Shown: one piece after another, positions 26,895 to 40,092 of the stretch
Layout of the letters: every line of letters begins with the position of its first letter
Position numbering within the stretch: the first letter of the stretch is position 1
Made by a program: the position numbers and the translations under genes
The notes under the pieces: model-generated
The model's input: only the letters and a program-made list of their open reading frames with translations
What the model was told of the DNA's origin: nothing
Databases searched by the model: none
Assembly (NCBI GenBank): GCA_020891255.1
Contig: BQFW01000001.1
Coordinates: 1,922,001-1,986,000 of the forward strand
DNA: 64,000 nt
Direction of reading: 5' to 3'
DNA from: Entomortierella parvispora E1425
Taxonomy: Eukaryota > Fungi > Mortierellomycota

Positions 26895-27149
26895 GATGTC
26901 GATGGAGAAGGAGGATGGATGGATGAAGGGATGGAAGAAGAAGGAGGAAGAGGAGAGGGAGAAGAGGAATGCACTCAGCTGGGTTCAAACGTGCTTTGTC
27001 AGGAAGGAGACTTGTCCATGCCCGACAGCGCGGGGAACACAGATAACAAAGTCACGTGAAGAGCTTCTTCTTTGCATTCATTCATTGCATTCATTCATTG
27101 CATTCATTGCATTCATCCTCTCCTTCTCCCTAGCCCCATTCAGTGCACC

Positions 27150-28616
27150 ATGGCCGCAAACGACGCCGACTCTCTCTCCCAGGTCTTTCAAAAGGCTGAG
27201 GCTTTGTACCTGGACCTACAGAATGCAACTGCGCCCTCCAACTCGGACGAGTTCCAGGTACTGCTCATGGACGCGAACTCTAGACCTGTCAACTCTGGAA
27301 AGGAGCCATATTAGCGCATGTCTAACAGCCTGTTCTCGGCCGTGCATTATACAGGGAAAAGTAAACCAATCGATCAAGGGATTCCAGCGATCTGCAGATA
27401 TGGTCCGACAGCTCAGCCTGTTCAGTGAAAACGAGTTTATGGAGGACATTAGCACCAAGGATCTGAGGTATGGCAAGATCCAGTTTGGCTGTTTATAGAT
27501 TACATTATTGTCAGATCTAGTTACTGATATCGAGCATGGATTTCTATATACTACAGGTTTCTTCTGACAGAGTATTACTTGGGCGAGCTGTTCTTGAAGA
27601 TTGTCAGTCCCGACCGCCTTGCAGACATTACCAAAAGCAAGGTAAATTACGTTCCTTCCTTGCAAACACCCAATGTGTTATGGATTTAATCCCTGTATAC
27701 TTAAGTCTTGCTTCCTTTGACATTAGGACCACTTTGATCACTTTTTACTTCAATGCGAGACCCACGACATTTTGACACCACAGGACAAGAAATACCATGA
27801 ACAACTGACCACGAACGCACCGAAAGATGCTGCCACGAGGAGAGGCGAAAAGATTGCTCGGTTCAAGCGCGAGAAGGAAATGAAGACACAGATCGAGGTT
27901 CGTCCAGCTTTTGTTTTCACGACAGACATAATTGGATTCCCTGAAAAAGAGGAGAATGATGAGAAAAAAAAGAAACGGGAGGGAATGAGCCATTTTGACT
28001 GATCCCTTGTATGGTTTCTTTGACACAGGAATTTCACAAGGTCCTTGGGACAACCAACAGTGGATACGAAGGCGAACTGAGCTCAGAAATGGAGGACCAA
28101 TACCGTGACTTTGTCCTGCTGCATCTCCAGTTCGCCATTTTCCAGACAATGGAGCAGCTCATCGGGATTCAACAAGAAATTCCAATGTTGAAACAGATGC
28201 AAGAACGTCGGAATGCTGAAGGCTCGAACGATGCTCGATCCTCGAACCGATCTAATGCAGATGCAAGAGACGGAAAAGTGGATGATAGCCGGATCTGGAA
28301 CGCGACAGGGCCTCTGATGGACCCCAAGGGACGACCTCTTAGACCTTTTGTGATTACAAATAAGAAGGCTGAGATGATGAAAGGCGTGTTCAGGCCAGGT
28401 CATAGTTTGCCTACCATGTCAATTGAAGAATACCTGGATCAGGAGATTGAGCGAGGCAACTTCTTGTCGGGTGGAACCGAAGAGCCCAAGAAGAAGGAGG
28501 CTGACGATAACGACGATGCAGCGATCGATGCTGAGACTCTCAAGGCCAGGAACTGGGATGACTTTAAGGACGATAATCCCAAGGGATGGGGAAACAAAGG
28601 CGGTCGCCATGGCTAG
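27150..28616 (+). CDS. TAP42: PP2A-associated protein Tap42/alpha4 (IGBP1), multi-exon
   Basis: LFSENEFMEDISTKDLRY, RRGEKIARFKREKE, VFRPGHSLPTMSIEEYLDQE, KARNWDDFKDDNPKGWGN. Confidence 0.92.
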
Positions 28617-29070
28617 TTGTTTCTCTTGCAAAATAAAATATAAAGAAATGGCGTGCAATCATTGAAGGGAGACACGGCGACCTTGACGCTGGTAGAGCTG
28701 GTTGTGCGACTGCGGGCGGAGCGAGATAGCCAGGCTGGATCTCGCGCGGTAAGATCCAAATTCAAAGAACAAAAAAAAAAAAAAAAAAAAAAAATCGCCG
28801 CCAAACTGCGGGTGGCTTGTGCCAGCCAAGGGTTCTGCAGCCTTCTCTGTGCCGCAGAAGAATGCGTGAGATATGCCTACTACAAAAAGAGAGACCTCGA
28901 GCCATTGGTCTGCATTTGTATTTTTGCGCATCCCTTCTCCCTTCTTCATCTGTCCCCTCATCCTGGACCTCATCACCATACCTGCAGCTGCAGCCAAGCC
29001 CTTCTTACCGCCAGCAGCCATTCCCGCAAGTACCGCCCTTCAAGCCAGCCACTCCAGCACGCTCGTCTTC

Positions 29071-32000
29071 ATGGGTGATTCCTCGCTCCAGACCAGTTCC
29101 AGCAGCAATAGCAACGCAGGCGCCACCAACCCCACCCAGACTTCCCAGCCAGCCGGATCGAGCCAAACTGGCCCTAAACTGAACCCTGCCGCCAAGGACT
29201 ATGTCCCTCGCACCCCCATCAATGGATCGGCCGTGAATAACACTCCTGCAGCCAACAATGCCAACGGACGCAACCGGCGGCGTCGGAACCCAGAGACCGC
29301 AGCCACCTCTTCGAGCACCGCCGATGGCAGTCAAACGGCAGCAAAGACCTCTGACAATAACCAGCCTAACCGCAACCGCCGTAACCGTGTACGTCCTCCC
29401 AAACAATCCGCACGCATAGACGACGATCTGGATGATGGCATCGTGATCATCATGGACGACCCTGTAGAAACGCCCGAAGGCCAGCCTGCTGGATCAGGAC
29501 AAGGACCCGACGGAGCTCGGAGGGAGCGGCGCGACGGACGCGATGGAAGACGCAAAGGCAAAGAGGTAGTTAGCAACTCGTCTCCAAAGCCCCGCAACGA
29601 CAATGCGCGTACTAGGCCTCCCAGAAACGAATCTCAGACAGGCACCTCAACGTCTGCTCGTGGATCTGGCAGTGGGTCCAATAGCAACAACACCAATAAC
29701 AATAAGAACAGACGGCAAAAAGACCGAAAGGGCGATCTTGGAGGCCGTACGTTCGCAACTAATGGCCATAACCATGGCCATGCTGAAGTGTCGAGCTCTT
29801 CCTCACAAAGGAATCCCCCTCGGAACAATGTACCCCGGCCTGCAAAGTTTGTGCACACAGTAGAAGAGGACCGCGACCTCTTGGCTGCGCTTACTGCCGG
29901 ACTCAGCAACTCGACTTATGATTGCATGGTTTGTTGGGATGTCATTCGCCCAGCCCATAAGATTTGGAACTGCCAGGTGTGTTGGGCCGCCTTCCATCTG
30001 GACTGTCTGTCAACCTGGGCAAAGAAGTCTTCAGAAGGTAGGAACCGAACTTTTTTTGTCGTTTGCAAGAAATCTTCAAGGACAGCTGCGAATTTGATAT
30101 TCATTTCAATTCTTTGGTAATTGCCTAGACTCTGGTACAACTCAAGCCGGATGGAGATGCCCAGGATGTCAAAATACCCAGGTCTCCATTCCTAAGGAGT
30201 ACAGCTGTTTCTGTGGAAAGGTCAATAACCCTGATTTCAATCGATACCTTACCCCTCATTCCTGCGGAGAGCTCTGTGGTCGCTCTCGCGACTGCCCTCA
30301 CCCATGCAATATGTAAGAATCAACATCACAGCCCTTTAGCATGCATTCACAGAGTTTTTGCGCGCTTCTAATCCCTACTATCTTATCAGTCCTTGCCATC
30401 CAGGTCCTTGTCCACCGTGTGGGGGCCTTGGACCAATCCAGTCTTGCCACTGCGGCAACGAATCGTTCCAGCTTCGTTGTGTGGACACGGACTTCTCCTT
30501 CCAAACAGGAAAGTCATGCGACAAAGTTTGTGGTGAGCTTTTGGGCTGCGGGAAGCATACTTGCAACTCAGTTTGTCATGCTGGCCTGTGCCCTCCTTGT
30601 GAAGAGACGCAGGAGCAGAAATGCTACTGTGGAAAACACGAGCGCACGGCTCGCTGCGGCGATGGCCTTCCAAAGACGACTATCGTTGATGGAGAAGAAC
30701 AAACAGGATACTACCAGTGCGCGGATGTCTGTGAGAGGTACACAATCACAGGAACTGTATTAGCTCCGTTTCTCATTTCTAGACTTGTAGTTAACATGTA
30801 TTTTTCTTCTAGAATGTTGGCCTGTGGTCACCATAAATGCACCAAGAGATGCCACCTATTGGACGATGAGCCAGGCCAGTGCCCTGCTATGCCTGGTGCC
30901 GTAACCACATGTCCATGTGGTTCCAAGCCTCTGGATGTGCTGCTCAAGGAGCCTCGCACTTCCTGTACAGATCCCATCCCTCTTTGTGGTGGAGTCTGCA
31001 AGAAGGAGCTGAAGTGTGGCCATCGATGCATGCAAAAGTGTCATTTGGGAGACTGTGCCCCTTGCAGAATGACAGTCAAAGTCGATTGTCGTTGTGGCGC
31101 TACTCAGGTCCAGCGCGTGTGCTCTGACATGGGACTCTACGGCGACGAATTACCCACCTGTGATCGCCCCTGTAGAGGTCTCCGCGCTTGCGGTAAACAT
31201 CAATGTACCAACAGGTGCTGCCCTGCCAAGAACCAACCCAAGACAAAGAAAGGAGACCTGGCAGCTCATGAGGCCCACATCTGCACCCTTGTCTGTGGCA
31301 AGAAGTTGCAATGTGGAGTTCACACCTGTGAGATGCTGTGCCACAAGGGTCATTGCAACCCCTGTTTGAGTATGTACTTGAATTTGAGTGTTATTTTTGC
31401 AGGTTTATTTGAAGATTCAACTTCTGACCGTTTTTTTTTTTTTTTTTTTTTTTTTTTGCATCATTTTCTGTAGATGCCTCTTTCGATGAGCTCTCCTGTG
31501 CATGTGGACGCACTGTGTTGTATCCTCCTATTGCATGTGGAACACCGATTCCAAAATGCAGATACACGTGCACCCGACAGCGCGCTTGCGGACATGCTTC
31601 GCTTTCAAACCACCCCTGTCACCCGGACAGTGAACCTTGCCCACCCTGTATTATGTTGGTGGCAAAGCAGTGCATGTGCAAAAAGTCAAAGATGCCAAAT
31701 GTGCCTTGTTACAAGAGCAACCCGTCTTGTGGAAAAATTTGTGGACGGCGCCTGGAGTGTGGTCTGCATACCTGTAACAAGTCCTGCCACTCTGGCGAGT
31801 GCGCCTTACCTCCGGATTCCTGCTCTCAGCCCTGTCCAAAGGCCCGCAAGAGCTGCGGTCACCGATGTGGAGTCGCCTGCCATGGACAGGAGCCTTGCCC
31901 AGAGGACCAGCCTTGTCAGATCACTGTTCCTTCGAGTTGCAAGTGTGGCCACCTCACCATGGAATCTGCCTGCAATGCTTCAGCTGAGAACCCTTGGGAT

Positions 32001-33411
32001 GGAAAACCCAGGGTTATCAAGTGTAACGATTATTGCTTGATTGCAGAGCGCAACAAGCGCGTTGCTCTTGCTTTGGACATTGACGAGACTGTCGAAAAGT
32101 AAGTTGTCTCGAGAACATCTATATAATCGATATCAAAGAACCATTCACTAACTCTGCTTTTTTTTATTTGATGAAAATAGAGGACCTCGCATTCCTGACT
32201 ACGATGAGTACGTCTTGGACTATGCCTCTTCCAACATGGAGTTTACACTCAAGATGGAGAAGCAGCTTGCAGAATGGGTTGCCGACACTTCCAAACCCAT
32301 TCTTTACTTGCCTCCGATGAAGGGTCACCGTCGCAAGTTTGTCCATGAACTTGCCGCCCATTACGATGTGACGTCCGAAAGCGTGGATGTCGAGCCTTAC
32401 CGCAGTGTCACCATCCGCAGAAACCTGAATACCTCAGTGCCCGACCTTTTGGCATCGCAGGCCTGCCGTCAGAAGCGCACAACCGGCATGGCCTCGAGTG
32501 GAGGACTGGAGCAACTTCGCAAGCCAAGCGTGAGAGATCCTGTGAATGCCATCTATCTCCATGATCTCGCGTTTGGTTTAACCAGAACTGAGCTGGCCTC
32601 TCAGTTGGCACCAGTCTTTGGCAACATCAAGTATGGCATTCGTTGGTTGACGGATGATGATGCCGTGCTTGTCCCCCATCCCGGCTCTTTGCAGATGGAT
32701 GAACTTGAGGCTGTACTTGTGCGTCTTCGAACAGGTATGAAGGCCGTGGTTGCCAAGAGCAATCTTTGTGAACGTGTTGAGCTCTGCTGGGTCAACAAGG
32801 AAGGGGAGGTGGTTAGTCATACCAATGTCGGAGGACCTCAGGCGAAACGATTCTTTAACGCAAGCACCGGAAGCCAACTCTTGAAGAAGCCAGCAGCACC
32901 CACCGTTGCCAATGCGTTTGCATTGCTGGATGATGATGAACGCATTGCGGCTGCTAAGAGAGCGGAAGAGGAGCGTATCTTGAAGGCCAAGGAGGCTGCT
33001 GGAACCCTTAGCTCGGATGCCTGGGAAGAGGCCAGTTCGTCGAGCCCCTCCATCCCTGTGCACTCCCACACCGCCGGAGTTGCAGCTTCACGCCCTTCCT
33101 CAGCTCAGAGTGGCTCACAAGTGGATGCTTCATCCGAGACAACAGAGGACTTGACCAAGTTTGTTGTTGTTGAGTCTGGAGAGTTCACTGGGGAAGTTGT
33201 GGATGACTGGCAAGAGCTTTTGGATGATGACGAAGAAGACACTTCCGAAGGGTCTACATCGGTGCAGACTCAGGGCGAGTCTGGCGCTGTCGGGACAAAG
33301 GAAGCGGTCAGCAAGAACAGCAGCGACGATGAAGCTGTTCTTGTTGAAGCTGTCGAGCCTTCCGACCCTGCCGAGCAGGCAGAGGAAGAATCAACTAATA
33401 AGTCGGCGTGA
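29071..33411 (+). CDS. FAP1: NF-X1-type zinc-finger protein (Fap1/NFX1) with RING, repeated NF-X1 fingers and R3H domain
   Basis: RING YDCMVCWDVIRPAHKIWNCQVCWAAFHLDC; many CG.H.C...CH.G.C repeats; R3H PMKGHRRKFVHELAAHY..SESVDVEPYRSV. Confidence 0.9.
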
Positions 33412-33766
33412 ATAAATTATAAATGAAAAAACAGAAATAAAAAATAAAAAACAAAAGTGAAAAAACCGTGACTGGAAATAAAGGACGTTCACTGTCGCAG
33501 GAAATAGCGCCACGCACTCGAAGGAACGCGCACGCGTCGAGAGGGGGGGGACAGCTGGCAAGCAGTCATTCATTCATTCATTCATGGCCCCGTCGCTCTT
33601 TTTTGAATTCTTCATTTCACTTCATCCCATCAACACCTTTCACCGTCTTGAGAAACCAAGGACTCGACCCAAGGAAGCCACCCCCGCCCCCAACGCACGA
33701 CTGAAAGCAGACGACACTCGCCCACCCATCCCAAAAAGACGTTTTTATAATTACAATCAAAGGCAA

Positions 33767-34525
33767 ATGGACACCCTCTTTGGCATCACAGGCAAGGACT
33801 TTGTCATCACGGCATACGATTCCAAGGCCGTGGCATCGATCACGCTCATGAAGATTGGCGAGGACAAGTCGCGCGAGCTCAACCCACATACGCTCATGCT
33901 CTTCTCGGGCGAGCCCGGCGATGGTGTTCACTTTTCGGAATATATCGAGCGTAATATCAAGTTGTACGGTATCCGTAACGGGATGGAGCTCAGCCCCAGG
34001 GCCGTTTCCAGCTTTGCCAGACGTGAACTCGCAGACAGTCTGCGTAGCAGGGTAAGTGAAGGGGGTCTTTCTCCTTTTTTTCTCTTTTTCTTTTCTATTT
34101 CGTCGCTCGACTCTTTCCTGCTTTTGCTTTCTTGGTTCTTGCGTCCCTGCTTTTTTTGGCCTCCTTATTGCTCATCTAACCAATTGCTATGGACCTATTC
34201 CTTCCTTGTTCTTGATCCAAAACAGAAACCATACTCTGTCAACTTGTTGATTGCAGGATACGACACAAAGACGTCGACCCCCGCTTTGTACTGGTTGGAT
34301 CATTTGGCGTCCTTGGCCGAGGTGCCATTTGCAGCCCACGGTTATGGTGCTTACTACTGTCTATCGCTCTTGGATCGGTACCATCGACCCGACATCTCGG
34401 AGGAGGAGGGTATTAAGCTGATGCAAAAGTGTATCGGTGAATTGAGATCCCGTATGATCCTGAACATGCCTGATTTTGTTGCCAAGATTGTCAGCAAGGA
34501 TGGTATCCGTATTGTTCAGATCTAA
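33767..34525 (+). CDS. PRE1: 20S proteasome subunit beta4 (Pre1/PSMB2), one intron
   Basis: MDTLFGITGKDFV..GEPGDGVHFSEYIERNIKLY..ADSLRSR|KPYSVNLLIAGYD..PFAAHGYGAYYCLSLLDRY. Confidence 0.95.
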   Translation: MDTLFGITGKDFVITAYDSKAVASITLMKIGEDKSRELNPHTLMLFSGEPGDGVHFSEYIERNIKLYGIRNGMELSPRAVSSFARRELADSLRSRVSEGGLSPFFLFFFSISSLDSFLLLLSWFLRPCFFWPPYCSSNQLLWTYSFLVLDPKQKPYSVNLLIAGYDTKTSTPALYWLDHLASLAEVPFAAHGYGAYYCLSLLDRYHRPDISEEEGIKLMQKCIGELRSRMILNMPDFVAKIVSKDGIRIVQI

Positions 34526-34845
34526 AGAAAACCACCCCGTTTTCTGCGACAGAACAAAACAACAACAAAAAAAAGAAGGTGGACAGGGACAGGAAATAAG
34601 AGGAGATCTGAAAATATGTAGCAGGTCCACACAAGATTGAAGACCTAGGATTTCCCCCTTTTTTGACTAGAATCCGATGCCACCTCACGACAACAGAACA
34701 AAATAAATATAAAAAGAGAGAAGTTACCTTTCTTTTGCAGCATGGTTGTGAATCATGTTTATTGGCTGAGAGCTGGGGCATCCAATGCCTCTGAGAAGAT
34801 AAAGGAATGAGAACAACAATTTTTGTGCATGGACTGCAGGCAGAA

Positions 34846-36253
34846 TCATGAAGACCACTTGGCTTCCAAGTCCTTGAACTTTGAGTCCCTCACAAGGGCA
34901 GCCAAAGTACGCTTCCGTCGCATCTCCTCCATGATCTGGATAGCTTTGGAATCGGAGGCAACCTTTTTGTTGGCTGTTCCAGCCCGGATCAATTGGACGA
35001 TACGTTCCTTTGTGTACAAGACCGTGAACAAGGGCCTGCGCCTTGACTTTGCTCGTTCCCAGAGGCCCGGGTCCTCTTCAATTGTGGACTCGATCGAAGG
35101 AGAGCCTTTCCAGCTCACGGTCCACTCTTTCCAAACATCCGAGATCTCTATGATAGAGCGGCGGATGGGGTATGGAAAAAACTCTGGGTCCGCGACGTCC
35201 TCGCCTAAGTCCTCTTGGCTCATGCTGTCTCCCCCGTCGCTCTGCTTTTGCAGTATCGAGTCTACGCCTGTCGACCCTTGTTTTCTAGCAGCTCGTTTCC
35301 CGGCAGCTCGTTTTACGGTATCCTGCCGCACAGCCTTAGAAGAGGTTTTCAAAGAGCGACCACCATCGGTATCTTCCTGACCAACGCCTTCGAAATCTGA
35401 ATCCAACTGTTGAACCTCTAAACTATCGCCCTGGCTCTCTTCATCTTCTTCATCTTCTTCTTCTTCCTTTCCCCTTTCCTGCTTCTCCAGCAGCCTTAGT
35501 CTTTGTTGTTTGCGTGGAGGTTGGAAAGGTGGCGGCAAAGGTGTGGTCGACGGTTCTAGAGGTCTCTTGGCCGAATACTTGCGCAAGACCCTTCTGTTCT
35601 CTGGAGGGGCCATGTTCCTGACAAGAGGCTGTCGTTGTTCCCTCAGCGCCTCCAAAAGCGGCCTGATCAGGTCCCTGCTGGCGGAGAATGGGATTTGTCC
35701 TTTCCAGGATCTGTTCGCGCTCCTCTCCATGATACGTCTGTTTGCCTTTTCTTCCAAGGCCAATCCGAATTCTTCCAAAAAGGCAAGGATCTTGGCCTCT
35801 GTCAAGCCGAGGGCATCTTTGAATGATTTGGATTCACACCATTGCTGAGAGGATAAGAAAAAAAAATAAGGCATTGCCTTTTTGATAATTAGTCCCAGAA
35901 ACATCGCCTCTTTGGTAAAAGTACCTGTAGCCTTCTAGACAGAAATCCAATATTACCTTCCAGCACACCATGGCAAGTCCAGCGTCTGTGTGAAGGGAGT
36001 TGGTGCCTTCAGACCCACTGTCCGCTTTCCTACTCCTACTTTTGGCCTCATTGCAGTGCCTTGAAATTTCGTCCGCACTCTCGTCTAACAAGGAAGTTAG
36101 AAGAGAGGACTTGGTCGAATTGTTTCTACTGGCGGAAGAGAGAGGCTGGCGCAATATAAAAGGAGAATTGGTAAGTGAATGATAGGTGGAGGTGGGGGAC
36201 TGCGGCGATGATGACTGGTATCTTACCTTGTCGTAAAGTTGCCAGTCGATCAT
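34846..36253 (-). CDS. GCR1_C-domain protein (Gcr1/Msn1/Hot1-like transcription factor candidate); start uncertain
   Basis: C-terminal YPIRRSIIEISDVWKEWTVSWKGSPSIESTIEE..W; N-terminal CWK|QWCESKSFKDALGLTEAKILAFLEEF across an intron (~35850-35958); acidic and basic low-complexity middle. Confidence 0.65.
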
Positions 36254-36807
36254 TCGATTGTGAGACTATCGGATGGTGATAGGGTGCAGAGGTGTCTGTT
36301 GTACGATGGAGCGAGGTGGAAAAGAGACAAGGGGAAGAAAATGGCAATCCTTTTAAACGCCATCAATGGCTGGTGAATCCGTTCATATATCAGAAGGATG
36401 GGTGATGGGATGGCGTTTTATTTACATCAGAAGCAAATAGCGACCTGTGGTCCATCTGTAAAAGAGGGATGTTGCTGGTGTATGAGAATACTACAAACTG
36501 AGAATGGCGGCTATCCATCTGTAACGACCCACCAGTCACTAAGGTACTGGTAAGGCTCTTTTGCTCCTTGCATTTCTGTTGTACAAACGATCCAGGGTAT
36601 GAATGTTGCGAGGAAAGGCAGCGAGAGGGTAAAAAAGGCCCGCTCCATAGGTCTGATTTGGTGGATCCGGACGCGACCTTGGGGTGATTCTATCGTCCAG
36701 CCTTCTCGTGATGCAAATCGTTTCAAAGGGACGATCCTTTTGGCTAGAGTATGCTGTAACTTACAAGGCAACATCTAGGTAAATGTTGACATTTATCGAT
36801 TGGTGCC

Positions 36808-37317
36808 TCAAGGCGTCCAGACAAGACGATCAGCAGCCTTGTCCATGACAAAGCCCAGACTCTCAAAAAACTCGGCTGGTGAATCATCTTTACGGACAGC
36901 TGCAAAAGTGGCGGTCAATATCTGGATCGAACGACATCCATGACCACTGACCAGTTCCTGCTGCAAAGCCTTCAAAGCATGGGTTCCAAAGCCGAGTCCC
37001 TGACTTCTCCAATCAATCATGAAATTGAGCAAGCGATAGCATCCTTTCTCTTCTCCATTGTCGTCCACTGGACATTCAGGGGCAGGCGAAGAAGGTGAGG
37101 ATGACTGGAGACGGATAAATCCGACGGGGTTGCTGTCTGCATAGATGGCCCAAACGAAGGAATCTGGGCTGTGGAACTGATGCTCGCACAAGGAATGAAG
37201 ATTAGATGACGCGATGTTCTCCTGATCCTTGTTGACGATGAGAGCCGCGACCTGTTCCCAGTTGTCGACAGTAATGTTGCGGATGGAGACTTTTGATCTG
37301 CGCGAGGGGAGGTCCAT
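36808..37317 (-). CDS. GNAT-family N-acetyltransferase (spermidine/spermine acetyltransferase BltD-like), intronless
   Basis: IRNITVDNWEQVAALIVNKDQENIASSNLHSL..AIYADSNPVGF..FMIDWRSQGLGFG (motif A Q/RxxGxG)..FFESLGF. Confidence 0.8.
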   Translation of the reverse strand: MDLPSRRSKVSIRNITVDNWEQVAALIVNKDQENIASSNLHSLCEHQFHSPDSFVWAIYADSNPVGFIRLQSSSPSSPAPECPVDDNGEEKGCYRLLNFMIDWRSQGLGFGTHALKALQQELVSGHGCRSIQILTATFAAVRKDDSPAEFFESLGFVMDKAADRLVWTP

Positions 37318-38179
37318 GGGAAGCGAATGAGGGGACGAACGGTTGAATGGAGAAAAGACATGAAAGAAGAGGAACACGCACGGACACAAGTGGCTGGTCC
37401 TTTTCTTTTTCTTTTTTTTTTGTTCGCGTCCAACTGTTGTCTATTTTGACCATACATGTAGTCGAACCTACTTGCAGCTGGCCTTCTCTCTCCTCGCATC
37501 TGTACTCAGTTGGGACAGTATTCAGGAACACCCTTCCTCCTGCTTTCATACCAAACTGTGGTTGCCCAATCCTATCAGATAGAAACCATGGTCCCCGAGG
37601 ATGAAGAGGACGGTTCTATGTACGATCCGTGGATAATCAAAGACCTGGGGCAACCTCAATCCCAGCTCAAAAGGGTCAGGGTGGTTTAGACGGCAGTCTA
37701 GTCGTTCTCCAGACCTCTGCTTTACCCAAGGATACCCAGCTCTGGAAGATTACTCCCCTTAGTCACTTTTTGTCGCCTTTCTCCTGCGAAGATACTCGAC
37801 TCGAAGATTCACCACAGAGGATCTTGAAGCAATTGCCTGTTCCCTTGTCTTTGCTCGAATTATTGCAGAAAGGAGACTGGAGTGAAGAATCTTTCCAGAA
37901 GAGCCATCCAGGATCGTGTGGAAGACATGGTGCAAAGGGAGGAGTACAGTACAAGTAGACAATTTCAGCCACACACGCACAGCCCAAAGTACATCATTTC
38001 GGACCCTTTCTTTTTTTATCTCTTCCTTTTCTCCCTCCCTCTTCATTCACTTCACTTCTCATTCGTTTCCACCAGGCGTATCCTCAGGACCTTGGGAGAC
38101 AAAGGAATCTTTTCTCTCTTGCCTTCTCTCTTCTCTCTTTCATCCTCTCTTCACTCTCGTCTCTCAACTCTGACCCAGC

Positions 38180-40092
38180 ATGTCGACCTCTATTGGATTC
38201 CAGCCCCTGGCAACGGCGGACCCTGACATGGACTTGGAGATGCAGGCTCAGCCCCTTCATCGTCATACGCAGGAACAGGTCGACGACGAAGACCTCGAAC
38301 CCATCACCACAGCACCCAGACGACCCTTCCCCAGGAAACCTACCCTTTCGGACAGGGTTGAGAAACTCACAGACTCTGCCATCAAGGGATTGGGCCCCAT
38401 CCTCATCACCGTTGCATTCCTTCTCTTGTCCGTCTGCATCTTTTGCTTCTTCAGCGTCATCATACCCTATCACTACACATGGAACGAAGGCCAGGGATTC
38501 TTTGGAAATCTGGGCTATATCTTGAACATGGTCTGGTCTTCTTATTTGGTCTGGGGAATTATGGCCAATTATTACTACGCCGTCAGGACCCCTGCAGGAT
38601 CCGTCTTGGATGGCGTCAAGAACGCACCTGTGAGTCTTTTTTTCTCTGCAGTGAGCTCCTTCAGGTACCTAAATTGTGCAAAGTTACGGCGACCTAACCT
38701 GGCCTTGTTGAATGTTTTAGAATGAAGCCTTGTTCCAAGTTGTCCTCTCAGAGATGGAGTGTAAGTTGGGCCTGTCTGTATATCCGATCTACAACGGAGC
38801 AACCTTCGTTATAGCCACCTAACGAACGATCTCTCTCATGTTTTAATTTCTTCCGCACAGGCTACACTGAAGTGCCGCCAACATGCAAACGATGTAAGAA
38901 AAACAGAAACATGACTGTTCAGGACAGGATCATTGTTGCAGAAAGGATCCTTTTAAACGTATATTGATGACTACGCCTCCATTGATTAGGCATGCTGCCA
39001 AAGCCAGAGAGGACACACCACTGCAGCGTTTGCAAAAAGTGTGTACTGAAATACGATCATGTAAGGAACGAATGCGAAAATTGACTTTCGGTACAAATTG
39101 CCTTCCGCCGAAACCTGTAGAAATGGACTCTGAGCTCATTTTTTTCTATCCACTATGACGTATCCAGCACTGCCCATGGATCCACAACTGCGTTGGTCAC
39201 TTCAACCATCGTTATTTCCTGATGTTCTTGACCTACCTGTCCACGGCCTGCTTCTACTTTGTGATCATGGGTGTTGGACCATTCTTGCTGGCAGCAGACT
39301 TGGAAAGCGGGGTAAGTGATGATTCTGATCTATGAGAACTCGTCCGATTTTGCAAGAAAAAAGGACCGCAGCTAACAATTTTTTTTATCTCTGGACAGGA
39401 TAATTGGCCTTACTGGCTGGATCGATCTTTAATGGCGTTTGCTGAAGTGTTGGCAGTTGCCATCGGTGTCGCGGTTGGAGGCATGGGCTGCTGGCATTGG
39501 TTCCTGGTGAGTGCAACTGATCCCTGGTCTGGTTGCTTGGACAGACATTTACGTGAGGATATGAAAAACTAAACTTTTCATCTCCATCTCTAATAGACAT
39601 TGACAGCTCAGACGACTCTTGAGCAATACAACAATGCGTATATCAAAAAGATGTGCAAGAAGAGAGGCGAGACTTTTACCAACATGTATGACTTTGGCAT
39701 CTTTGGCAACCTGATGGACTTTTTCAATGTTGGACCCAGGGGGTAAGTTGACTTTTTTAAATGAATATACAAAGAGGAAGCGCGTCTTCGGCACAATTCA
39801 TCTCATCATATTTCGACTCTAATATCCAATGCTCTTATGTAGGCACTAGTAAGTCATTTATTTGACACTTTCCATTGGCACCACTGTATTGGACATCCCG
39901 AAATGCGATCTTTCTGTTTCTTTCACTGTCGCTAACTGCAGTTTGACTTTTTTTCTTCTTCAATTTTATAGCCCATGGTACACCGCATTTCTTCCTCTTC
40001 GTATACCCCCGATTGGCAATGGCAAGCGGTTTGAGAGGAGTGGCCGTGGATTTGTCCTAGATTTTGGCGAGGAAGATGACGACATGGTCTAA
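38180..40092 (+). CDS. DHHC palmitoyltransferase (ZDHHC16-like), multi-exon with micro-exons
   Basis: TM helices; [20 protein letters not shown]|[17 protein letters not shown]; TTLEQY-type motif; [13 protein letters not shown]. Confidence 0.9.

Noticed and set aside
3012-28616. Ypk1 and Tap42 (both TOR-pathway) in one window
   Set aside because: 21 kb apart with unrelated genes between; no evidence of a functional cluster
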